A stretch of 59,931 nt of DNA from a virus (taxonomy: Duplodnaviria; Caudoviricetes). Shown here piece by piece: positions 49,290 through 58,115 of this stretch. Numbering within the stretch: the first letter of the stretch is position 1; each line of letters starts with the position of its first letter. The stretch covers positions 1 through 59,931 of IMG/VR virus record IMGVR_UViG_3300036832_000301. The stretch is one strand, 5' to 3'. The notes beneath the pieces are model-generated. The model had not been told where the DNA came from, did not search any database, and worked only from the letters and a program-made list of their open reading frames with translations. A program made the translations under genes and the position numbers.

Positions 49290-49574
49290 ATGGTCGACAA
49301 GATCACCAGCCCGTTCACCCCGCCGCAGGTCGAGGCGCTCAACCGCTGGCAGCGAACCGACTGGGTCCACGCCTTCACCTGTGCAGACCGCAACACCCCG
49401 GCGCATCACGCCTACGCAAAGGCCCACGGCCAGGGCGACCACGGCATTCTCACCGCGACCCGCGACGGCTGGGTCTGCCCGGTCTGCGGCTACCGCCAGA
49501 ACTGGGCGCACGGCTTCATGCTGGACCCGCCGCGCCGCCCACCGTGGCACACAGACGAAGGGCCGGTGCCGTGA
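49290..49574 (+). CDS. Small Zn-ribbon protein
   Basis: HAFTC...GWVCPVCGYRQNWAH. Confidence 0.65.
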   Translation: MVDKITSPFTPPQVEALNRWQRTDWVHAFTCADRNTPAHHAYAKAHGQGDHGILTATRDGWVCPVCGYRQNWAHGFMLDPPRRPPWHTDEGPVP

Positions 49575-49794
49575 GCGTCGAACCCATCGACCGGATCGAA
49601 GACGAGCTCTGGGCCTGGGTCACCGACGCGCCGGATGGCCCTTCGGTTGTCGGGGTGCTGACCGACTATGGGCACACACCGCTGGTGTTCACCCGCAAGG
49701 CCGTCGCGCTGCGGGTCGAATATCTGGCGCGCGGGCATGGCCGGTCGCTTAACCAGCCGGTGCGGCTCGTGCATTTCCGCGAGGTGCCCGAGCC

Positions 49795-50100
49795 ATGATG
49801 CGGCTGCGCAACCGGCTACAGAGCGTGCGGACCCAGAACGGCCACTCGATCCGCGAAGCCGCCCGCGCGACTGGCGTCGACGCTATGGCGCTCAGCGAGA
49901 TCGAGCGCGGCCTGCGCTCGCTGTCGGCGCGCATGGCGGTGCGGCTCGCGTCCTATCTCAAAACCTCGCCAATGAAGCTGCTGCACGAAGACGCCGCCGA
50001 CCGGCTCGACCGCTATCTCGACAGCACCAAGGACATCATCGGGTCCATCGACACCGAGACCGACGACGATGGCGTGCCGATTGGGCGGTCGATCCGATGA
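49795..50100 (+). CDS. XRE-family HTH protein
   Basis: SIREAARATGV...LSEIERG. Confidence 0.75.
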   Translation: MMRLRNRLQSVRTQNGHSIREAARATGVDAMALSEIERGLRSLSARMAVRLASYLKTSPMKLLHEDAADRLDRYLDSTKDIIGSIDTETDDDGVPIGRSIR

Positions 50101-50781
50101 GCGACCCGCTGGCAAAAGACCTGATGCTGGCGGTGGCGCGGGTCTCGGCGCAGATGCTGGTTCACGGCGAGCTCGCGCGCCAAGCGTTTGAGATCACCAG
50201 TCGGTCGCCTGCGTTGATCGCCAAGCTCGACGCCGAGGGCGCGACGCTCGACATCGAGCTTAACCGGCTCGCTGATCTTGCCGAAGACGCCGGGCAGATC
50301 GAGATCGCCGCTGGTATCCGGCGGACCATAGAGCGCCGCCCGAGGCTGGGGGTCACGCAATGACCAGCGATCTCAACCCAGACGCCGCGAGCGTGGTGAC
50401 GTCGGAATACTACGAAGTCACCATCGAGAGCGCCGATGGAACCGAGTTCCAGCAATTCGCCGCCGAGCCTGTCGCGCGCCGCACCTTCGCCAACGAGCGA
50501 GCCCGCCTGCTCGATGGGCAACGCCTGACGCTGACTAAGGTGATCCTGCTCGACGCCGCCGAAGGGGACGGAACGAATGTCTGAGACCAGCCTGCGCGAC
50601 AACTTCGAGCATTTCCGGCGCATCCGCCGCGAGATCATTGCCGACGCCACGGCGCACCAGCAGAAGGAAGCCGTCGCCCTGGCGATTGGCATTCTGATGG
50701 GCGGCGGGTTCCCCGGCTGCGCGGCGACCGTCGCGGTGCTCGCCGAGCGCGCATTCCCCGGCACCGTTTGGGCGTGGGTCG

Positions 50782-51069
50782 ATGAGTGAAGCTGTCGCGG
50801 GCGCGCTCAACATCGCCGACACCCGGTTTTATCTTTCGACGCTCCGCGCCCGCTTGCCGATGTTCACGATCACCGATCACCCGAGCGACTGGCCCGACTT
50901 CTATGTCGCCCGACTGCACCTGAGCCTGCCAGAGCCCAGCGCCATGCCGATGGCGATCATGGACCCCGATCTCGACCGGCTGCGCGAAACCATGATCGCG
51001 CTCAGCGGGGCGTGCCTGTCGCGCGATCCCACCGATGACCCGGTGATCGTTGAAAGCTGGATCATGTGA
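50782..51069 (+). CDS. Hypothetical phage protein
   Basis: HPSDWPDFYVAR...RDPTDDPVIVESW. Confidence 0.6.
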   Translation: MSEAVAGALNIADTRFYLSTLRARLPMFTITDHPSDWPDFYVARLHLSLPEPSAMPMAIMDPDLDRLRETMIALSGACLSRDPTDDPVIVESWIM

Positions 51070-51704
51070 TGGTCGCCAGCCGCTTTCCCGACGCGCCAGC
51101 CGCGATCAAGACCCTGCGGGTCGACCGGCGCGGCTACCCGGTCCCGGCCTTCGTGCCTTGGTTCGACGGCGAGCCCGAGTTCCGCGCCGTCGAGGCGAGC
51201 ACCATCGAGCGGGTCCACCGCGAGCGGCTGTGCTGGATTTGCGGGCTCAGGAACAGCGGCGCGAAAGCCTTCGTGATCGGCCCGATGTGCTGCATCAACC
51301 GTCTCGCACCGGAACCGCCGAGCCACCTGCTCTGCGCCCGGTTCGCGGCGCAGTCCTGCCCGTTCCTGTCGCAGCCGATGGCGAAGCGCAACCTGCACAA
51401 CATGCCCGAGCACCAGCCGCCCGCCGGGATCATGATCCCGCGCAATCCCGGCGTCACCGCGATCTGGGTCGCCTCGACCTATCGGGCCGAGAAGCAACCG
51501 GAAGGCGGGCTGCTGTTCCGGATCGGCGCACCGGCCAAGGTCGAGTGGTGGTGCGAAGGCCGCAAGGCGACCCGCGACGAGGTTGTCGAAAGCGTGCGCT
51601 CTGGCCTTCCGGCCTTGCAGGACTTGGCGAAGCTGGACGGCCCCGAAGGGATGATGGCGCTGCTCGATCAGACCAAGCGGTTCATGAAGCTGGTGCCTGC
51701 ATGA
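51066..51704 (+). CDS. Cys/His-containing phage protein (paralogue of 31184-31876)
   Basis: DRRGYPVP...LCWICG...EPPSH..CA.FA...CPFL. Confidence 0.7.
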   Translation: MMVASRFPDAPAAIKTLRVDRRGYPVPAFVPWFDGEPEFRAVEASTIERVHRERLCWICGLRNSGAKAFVIGPMCCINRLAPEPPSHLLCARFAAQSCPFLSQPMAKRNLHNMPEHQPPAGIMIPRNPGVTAIWVASTYRAEKQPEGGLLFRIGAPAKVEWWCEGRKATRDEVVESVRSGLPALQDLAKLDGPEGMMALLDQTKRFMKLVPA

Positions 51705-52079
51705 GAGAGGACGCCCAATGAACGCGCCAGCCCCATCGCGCCCGCCACAACCCCCGCTGCCGGGCTTCGCGCTCGCCGCCGTCGCGGTGCCGATCAAGGT
51801 CGCGGTCTGGATCACCGTCGCGCTGCTGGCGCTGGCGGCGAGCGACCTGTGCCTGAGCGTCGCGCTGATGATCCACGTCACCGGGGCGTGCCGATGACCA
51901 CCGGCTTCCTGATCGCGCACCTGATCTCGCCCGCGCTGGTCGGCGCAGGCGTCGGGCTCAAGGCCCCGCGACACTGGGGCCGCTGGTCGGTCGCGACGGC
52001 TGGCGCGATAGGTGGTGTCGCCATTGGGGCTATATATGACGCACTCGCTACCTTAGCGGGCGCTTGAGAGGGGTGGGGA

Positions 52080-52508
52080 ATGCCGAGAGCCAGGGAAGAT
52101 ATTCACCAAGTCGACGCGCATGTCGGAATGAAGGTGCGGCTGGTGCGCCGCCAGCGCGGGCTGAGTCAGGCCGCGCTCGCCGAAGGGATCGGACTGACCT
52201 TCCAGCAAATCCAGAAGTACGAGCGCGGGGCGAACCGGATCAGTTGCTCGAAGCTGGTCGAGATCGCCACGCTGCTCGGCGTGCGACCGGGTTATCTGCT
52301 CGACGACGCCCCTGGCGCGCTCGGAGCCGAGCCGAGAGATCGGGTGTGGGAGGAGGTGATGGAGCTCGTCGCCGGAACGCCAGGGATGGTCGAGGCGGTC
52401 CGCGCGCTCGCCGAGCTCGATTATGATGTCCGCGCGTCGTTTGAGATCGTGCTGAGCGCCGCTGTCGGCCATGGGCGACGCTCGCCACGCCACCCCGTCG
52501 CCGCATGA
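52080..52508 (+). CDS. XRE-family HTH regulator (alphaproteobacterial type)
   Basis: VDAHVG...GLSQ..LA..IGLTFQQIQKYERGANRIS. Confidence 0.88.
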   Translation: MPRAREDIHQVDAHVGMKVRLVRRQRGLSQAALAEGIGLTFQQIQKYERGANRISCSKLVEIATLLGVRPGYLLDDAPGALGAEPRDRVWEEVMELVAGTPGMVEAVRALAELDYDVRASFEIVLSAAVGHGRRSPRHPVAA

Positions 52509-52834
52509 CCCTTCGGCTCGGCCATTACACCCTGCGCGGCCACCAGCCGGTCGAGTGCGATGACCTGTTCAAATGGGCGAGGTGGTTTGAGACCGCCAAC
52601 CGCTGCGTCGCGTTCGATGAGCTCGGGCCGGGCCTGACTGTCTCGACGGTGTTCATGGGGCTCGATCACCAGTTCGGCGAAGGGCCGCCGATCCTGTTCG
52701 AGACGCTGGTGTTCGACGACTACGCGCAAGGCGACGGTGCCCGTTATGCGACCTGGGACGAAGCCGAGCGCGGCCATCGGGAATTCGTCGCGACCATCCG
52801 AGCGCGGCTCGACCCGGTTAAGGCATCCACATGA
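52505..52834 (+). CDS. Hypothetical phage protein
   Basis: VSTVFMGLDHQFG...LFETLVF...RYATWDEAERGH. Confidence 0.65.
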   Translation: MTLRLGHYTLRGHQPVECDDLFKWARWFETANRCVAFDELGPGLTVSTVFMGLDHQFGEGPPILFETLVFDDYAQGDGARYATWDEAERGHREFVATIRARLDPVKAST

Positions 52835-53367
52835 CCACCGACAGCGACAAGGCATTCGATCAGCCGCACCACGGGCACAGCGACGGCTTCCGCGCATTGC
52901 TGGTCGATCCCGCCGACCGGACGGTCACCGAAGTCGAGATGCGCTCAGGCGAGCCGCCAAGCTGGCGCGGACTGATGGGGCTCGATCCTGGCGAGAGCCT
53001 CGATCATGCGATCATCTGGGGTGGTCCGAACGACCCGGTGCGGCTGTGCATCTTCGTCGACGGCGCTGGCTACTACCGCCAGCCGCCGCCTGCGTGGTGG
53101 CGCTTCGATGACTACCCCAACCCGCTGCCGGGGCGGACCCTGGTCTATGGCTGCGACGAAGCTGGCGAGACGGTTGATGTGCCAGACGATCTCGAAGCCT
53201 TTTATCAGCGCGTGGAATGGCTCGGCTCCGAGCGCCCGACCCTGCCGAAGTCGCAAGTGATCAGTGGCGGCAAGGTGGTCGTCGAGGTCGACCACAACGC
53301 GCCCGACCGGCCTCAATCGCCTGCCGAATACTTCGACCGGATGTTTCCGAAGGAACCTAAGCCGTGA
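52831..53367 (+). CDS. Hypothetical phage protein
   Basis: LLVDP..RTVTEV...IFVD...GET. Confidence 0.55.
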   Translation: MTTDSDKAFDQPHHGHSDGFRALLVDPADRTVTEVEMRSGEPPSWRGLMGLDPGESLDHAIIWGGPNDPVRLCIFVDGAGYYRQPPPAWWRFDDYPNPLPGRTLVYGCDEAGETVDVPDDLEAFYQRVEWLGSERPTLPKSQVISGGKVVVEVDHNAPDRPQSPAEYFDRMFPKEPKP

Positions 53368-53741
53368 GATTGCTGGTCTGTGGCGGGCGGCATTATCGCA
53401 ACGCGGAAGCGGTGCGGATGGTGCTCGACGCTGCGCTGCGCAGCGGGCCGGTCACGATCATCCAGGGCGGCGCGCGCGGGGCTGACAAGCTAGCGCGGGA
53501 ATGGGCGGATGATCGCGCGGTCGAGTGCATCACATTCGCCGCCGAATGGGATCGGGACGGGACCATGGCCGGGCCGATCCGCAATCAGCGGATGCTCGTC
53601 GAAGGCAAACCCGACATGGTCCTCGCCTTCCCCGGCGGGAACGGGACCGCGAACATGATCCGGAAAGCTCAGGCGGCGCGGGTGCTGGTGGTCAGGTTTC
53701 CGCCGACCGGCGACAACCGGATGCCCTTCGGTCTCGACTAA
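53364..53741 (+). CDS. SLOG/YspA-like (DUF2493) protein
   Basis: LVCGGR, IIQGGARGAD, AGPIRNQRM, AFPGGNGT. Confidence 0.85.
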   Translation: MRLLVCGGRHYRNAEAVRMVLDAALRSGPVTIIQGGARGADKLAREWADDRAVECITFAAEWDRDGTMAGPIRNQRMLVEGKPDMVLAFPGGNGTANMIRKAQAARVLVVRFPPTGDNRMPFGLD

Positions 53742-53941
53742 TGGATCACCCCGAACGCCTTGAGCGCGGCCAGCAGGCCGCCGAAGAACGCGCCGCCAGA
53801 GCCGAAGGCGACCCCGATCAGCACCGCCGGATACCAGCGTATTTCCTGGCGCTTGCGGTCGTGGTCGGCGAGGTCCCGGTCGATGCGCGCGATCTTTTCG
53901 CGCAGGTCGAGTTCGGGTGTGGCTTCAGTCGTCATGGTCAC
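53738..53941 (-). CDS. Small coiled-coil + C-terminal TM protein
   Basis: LREKIARIDRDLAD...RWYP...GGAFFGG. Confidence 0.6.
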   Translation of the reverse strand: MTMTTEATPELDLREKIARIDRDLADHDRKRQEIRWYPAVLIGVAFGSGGAFFGGLLAALKAFGVIH

Positions 53942-54426
53942 AGGGTAACGGCTCCGCTTGAAAATACCAGGGCAGCGGGTGCCGCCCTTGTGTAAGGAAT
54001 GTGTTTAAACATGCGCGTGCGACGGTGCAAGCACTACCGCTCACAACGCCGCGAAACCTGCCGCCCTAGCCCTCGTTCCATTCGTCGGCGATAGCCTGGG
54101 CGTCGGCCTGGGTCGCGAACGGGGCCGAGGCGGCGTCGAACGTGCCGTCCTCCTGGGCGTATCCCACGATCCAGCCGTGGAACATCGGGTCGTGGCTGGG
54201 GTCGGTGTTGTGGAAGACGGTGAGCATCGGGTAACTCCGTGTTGGTGAGAGTGTGTACGATGCTGCACACACGCTTGCAAGCTATAAGGGTGCGGTCGGG
54301 TGCCGCACCCCCAGCCGCGCCCTACCAGCCGAACTTGGTCCCTTTTTGCAGAACCGTCATCGCGCAGCCTGGAGACGGGTGCTATCTTGCCGTGTACCTG
54401 TTCAACCTTGGCTAGTGGGGCTCTCC

Positions 54427-54951
54427 GTGCTGCACCTTGCAAAGTCGCTCGCCGTCACGGCGGCGGTCGCTGTCCTGGCTTTCGCCGTTCCCACCGCTGC
54501 CGCGACATTCCTCGATGAAGCTGGCCCGGCTTCGGACGGCTCGCTGTCGTGGGACCTGGGGAACGACGGCGGTATCCCGCTCGGCGCATTCACCGACGAC
54601 TTCATGCTGACGTTGCCCGCGACCGGCTTCACCGCCGCCGGGGTCGAGGCGACCTTCACGTCGAGCACCAACGATCTCACCTTCTCGCTGGTCACGCTGG
54701 GCGGCCTAAAATTCAAGCTGTTCGATGAGCCGAGCGAGCACCTCGGCACGTTCCCCGCGCATATCTTCGCTGGCGGCCCGATCCTGCTCGAAGTGAAAGG
54801 CACCAGCCCCGGCCCGGCGGCCAGCTACGACGGGCATGTGACGTTCTCGCCGGTCGCGGTTCCTGAGCCGGTCACTTGGGCGCTGATGGTCTTCGGTTTC
54901 GGCGCGGCTGGCGCGATGCTTCGGCGTCGGCGCTCGACCGTCTCGGCCTAG
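54427..54951 (+). CDS. FxDxF-type PEP-CTERM (PEPxxWA) exosortase substrate
   Basis: Signal peptide, FTDDF, C-terminal VPEPVTWALMVFGFGAAGAMLRRRR. Confidence 0.88.
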   Translation: MLHLAKSLAVTAAVAVLAFAVPTAAATFLDEAGPASDGSLSWDLGNDGGIPLGAFTDDFMLTLPATGFTAAGVEATFTSSTNDLTFSLVTLGGLKFKLFDEPSEHLGTFPAHIFAGGPILLEVKGTSPGPAASYDGHVTFSPVAVPEPVTWALMVFGFGAAGAMLRRRRSTVSA

Positions 54952-55449
54952 GCGTCGGCACCCGCCATAGCGACGCGGATGCGGTGAAGGACGAACCAAG
55001 CCGACTTCTGAGTGATGCCGGTCGCGCGGGCCAGCTCGTAGCTCGAAATGCCGTTCTTGCAGTTGGCAACGCTCCAGATCGCGACGAACCACACGTCCAG
55101 CGGAAGCGCGCTGTCCTCGAAGATGGAGCCGGTCTTGACCGTGAACTGGCGCTTGCAGACCTTGCCCTCGGCGTCCTTGGCCTTGCACTCGAAAAGGCGG
55201 CGCGGGGTTTCAACGCCGGTCTTGCGGTTCTTGCTGGTCGCCACGAAATAGCGAACCTCGCCGCAGACGCCGCAGGCCGGGCAATGAACGCCATCTGGCC
55301 AACGCAGCTTTACAGCCAGGTCGTGGGTGCGCTCCGCGTCGGCGAAATACCGCACCGCTTCCATCAGCGTCTTGGGTTGGGCGGGGGCTGCGGTTTCCAT
55401 GCGCCCAAGGTAGGCGCGGGAGCTTACTGCGTCAAGTCAATTATTACCC
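54948..55449 (-). mobile_element. Truncated IS1595-family element (Zn-ribbon + HTH only; no DDE domain)
   Basis: ORF 54948-55400: RWPDG..CP.C, C..C.RQFTV.TG.IFE, GISS.EL...G.TQKSAWF..HRIR; IR-like GGGTAATAATTGACTTGAC upstream. Confidence 0.75.
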
Positions 55450-55849
55450 CAGGATGTCGGGAACGCGCTCACGCGGGCACCGCCGCCATCCCGGCGCGCA
55501 TTCGCTCGACGAAGTAGGCGCGGAGCGGCGCGTTGAGCAGGAGCTCCTCGCGCATCGCGGCCTTGGTCATCTCGACCTTCCTGGCGAACACTTCGAGGGT
55601 GACATCGCCAGGGACGGTGGCGAGGAGGGCGAGGAAGTCTTGCATCGAAGGTAGCCTTTCGGGCTTTGCGCGCTGGCTGGATTGCCGCGCTGCTGTTTGC
55701 GTTATGGGGACTGTATGCACCACTGCACGCAGCGCTGCAAGCGCATGTTGGCATATGCGACATTCTGTCTGTGTGTGTACGATTGTGCTTGCGTCCTTGT
55801 GTGCATTCGCTAAAACCGCATCAACAACAACCGAACAGCGACGAGACAC

Positions 55850-56092
55850 ATGGCCCTCATCACCCTCAACCGCCGCAGCTACTTTATCGACTGCGACACC
55901 ATCGAGATCACCCCGGTCAGTAATGGCCGCTGGTCGGTCACCTACGACCGCAGCACATTCCTCGTCGTTGGCGGGGTCAAATCCGGCGGCGCAGCGCACG
56001 AGTGGTTCTGCCACCACCCGCTGTTCTACGGCGACGCCTGGGTGCCCTGCGGCAGTATGGTGCAGGCGATCAAGCTCGGGGTGCAATACTGA
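55850..56092 (+). CDS. Hypothetical protein after plus-strand promoter cassette
   Basis: GAGACACATG start context. Confidence 0.6.
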   Translation: MALITLNRRSYFIDCDTIEITPVSNGRWSVTYDRSTFLVVGGVKSGGAAHEWFCHHPLFYGDAWVPCGSMVQAIKLGVQY

Positions 56093-56352
56093 TGAGCCAG
56101 CACCCGCACCCCGGCGACACGCGCTACATCGGCAAGGCGACGCCGAAGGGCGTGGTGATCAAGGCGCTCAGCCGGGGCGAATGCCTCGGCACCTACTTCG
56201 TGGCGATCAGCCAAGGCGGCGACAAGATCGGCGAGCCGAAGCGCCTGCCGGGCTTCGAGCCGGTCATCGGCGAGGAAGCCGAGGCGGTGCTGTTTATGGC
56301 CCGCCGGTCGTTCAACAGGCTCAACGCAGGCGACATCGCCCAATGGGATTGA
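56092..56352 (+). CDS. Hypothetical protein
   Basis: TGATG coupling to upstream gene. Confidence 0.55.
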   Translation: MSQHPHPGDTRYIGKATPKGVVIKALSRGECLGTYFVAISQGGDKIGEPKRLPGFEPVIGEEAEAVLFMARRSFNRLNAGDIAQWD

Positions 56353-56387
56353 AACCTGCTAAACTCCCCGCCGTCGTTGAACACCTT

Positions 56388-56414
56388 GACCCTGCTTCGG
56401 CGGGGTCTCTTTTT
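56388..56414 (+). terminator. Intrinsic terminator
   Basis: GACCCTGC-TTCG-GCGGGGTC hairpin followed by TCTTTTT. Confidence 0.75.
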
Positions 56415-56429
56415 GCGCTATAGAGCGGA

Positions 56430-56978
56430 ATGGCCCGCCGCAAACACAAGCCAGCCGACCCGCAGGACATCGCCCGTCGACGCGCCGAGCGGGATGCCAA
56501 CGAGATCGAGATCAGACGCTTGCGCGATCACGGCGCGGTGGTCAGCCTGGATCGGGCGCGCAGGATCACCACGGCCTATCGCGCCAGCCCGTTCCGCAAG
56601 CTGCTCGACACCAAGACCATCACCACCACCCAGAGCGCCGCCGCCGAACGCCTCTGCCAGGACTGGGCCGAGTGGAAGGGTCTGGACGGCAAGCCACCGC
56701 CGACCGGCATCCCGAACCCGCATCCGTCGCAGAGCACCGCCTTGGTGACGGATCGGATGTTGCGCGGCGGTCAGCGCATCGCTCAGGCGCTCGGCGCGGT
56801 CGGTCCGGTCGACCGCGAGCTCTTAGGCGCAATGGCCGCCGCTGCGGTTGAGGAAGATTGCCCGATCCCCTGGCGCGACATCGTACGCCGGATCACGGGT
56901 GTCACGCAGACCGTCAGGCAGTCGCAAACCGTCGCGAATGCGCTCGCGAATTTGGTGGGCGCTTATCACTTGAGGTAG
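56430..56978 (+). CDS. Putative late-transcription regulator-like protein
   Basis: Q..AAERL..DW...ALG.VG...L..L...Y pattern and position before HNH/terminase. Confidence 0.45.
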   Translation: MARRKHKPADPQDIARRRAERDANEIEIRRLRDHGAVVSLDRARRITTAYRASPFRKLLDTKTITTTQSAAAERLCQDWAEWKGLDGKPPPTGIPNPHPSQSTALVTDRMLRGGQRIAQALGAVGPVDRELLGAMAAAAVEEDCPIPWRDIVRRITGVTQTVRQSQTVANALANLVGAYHLR

Positions 56979-56983
56979 GCGAC

Positions 56984-57012
56984 GGGCCGCCAGCGAAGCC
57001 CACTGACGGCCC
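56984..57012 (-). terminator. Hairpin at the 3-prime end of the pentamer array
   Basis: Minus-strand GGGCCGUCAG/CUGGCGGCCC 10-bp stem with a G-U pair (a C-A mismatch on the plus strand); no clear U-tract. Confidence 0.5.
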
Positions 57013-57031
57013 CTTGGCGACCTCGGCGCTA

Positions 57032-58115
57032 CTACCCTAGCCGAACCGGCCCAGCCTCACCCAACCACGACGAGCCACACCGTGCCCTGCCACGCCGAAC
57101 CCGGCCATGCCAGCCGCACCGCGCCGGGCCTAACCGTGCAACACCGCGCAACGCCTTGCCTGCCCAACCGAGCCTGACCGCGCCGGGCCATTCCAAGCCT
57201 TGCCTTGCCTGCCGCGCCGCGCCTGACCCGGAGCAACCCCGCCTGACCACGACGGGCCGCGCCACGCCAGCCAGACCTTGCCAAGCCGCACCCGGCTCGA
57301 CCTGACCTTGCCTCGCCTGCCTACCTCGCCAGGACACACCTAGCTCAGCCTCGCCAGCCCTGCCGCGCCCCACCTAACCTAGCCCTGCCAGCCAAGCCGT
57401 GCCACGCCATGACCTGCGTCGCCCTGCCTGCCATGCCGGGCCAAAACAGACCTGACCCCGCCTAGCTGAACCTCGCCATGCCTGCCACACCTTGCCATTC
57501 CAAACCGCGCCTGACCGCACCTTGCCGCGCCGCGCAATGCCTCGCCTGCCAAACCCCGCCTCGCCATGCCCAGCAGCACCGAGCCCCGCTGGGCCTAGCC
57601 TGCCGTGCCCTGCGTTGCCGTGCCTACCATGCCAGACCCCTGCCACGCCTGCCGCGCCGAGCCATGCCCAGCCCCACCGGACCGCGCGATGACACACCGG
57701 GCCTGCCATACCGCACCTTGCGACACCGAACCCCGACCCGCCTAAACAAGCCGTGCCTGCCGCGCCCTGCCCACGCTCGACCTTGCCACACCGCGCTCAG
57801 CCATGCCTGCCGCACCGGGCCGCGCCTCGCCAGACATCGCCATGCCGTGACCCGCCCTGCCAGCCATGCCCTGACCTGCCCCACGTCACCACGTCTGCCA
57901 TGCCGGGCCTGACTCTGCCTGACCCAGCCTCGCCCCACCATGCCTGCCGGGCCGGGCCAAGCCTTGCCTAGCCCTTCCGCGCCGAGCCATGCCAGCCAGA
58001 CCCTACCTGACCTCACATCGCCATGCCCTGCCACACCAAGCCCATCCCCGCCTCGCCTGCCTCACCTTGCTCTGCCTGACCCTGACACGCCTCGCCAAAC
58101 CCAATCTCGCCTCGG
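57032..58115 (-). repeat. GGY-NN pentamer array, about 21 units; putative guide-RNA array
   Basis: Plus strand reads NN-RCC with 5-nt period for over 1 kb; 4-nt TGCC/AGCC phase breaks mostly 49-64 nt apart; no credible ORF; begins at the stop codon of 58116-58640. Confidence 0.85.

Noticed and set aside
56724-56759. Partial gapped match (6 of 12 pairs) of unit 57052-57111 to the neighbouring gene
   Set aside because: Matches at this level are expected many times by chance in 60 kb.
57654-57703. Unit decoding to A[DE][IM][HQ]PGA[IM]TG, similar to CysE EIHPGATIG
   Set aside because: Flanking positions disagree; not distinguishable from chance without a search.
57032-58034. Overlapping Arg/Gly/Ala/Trp-rich ORFs in the pentamer tract
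   Set aside because: They occur in many frames on both strands and are by-products of a 5-nt period, which does not fit codon structure.
57032-58115. Canonical CRISPR array
   Set aside because: No long identical direct repeats separated by unique spacers; the constant element is only 3 nt.
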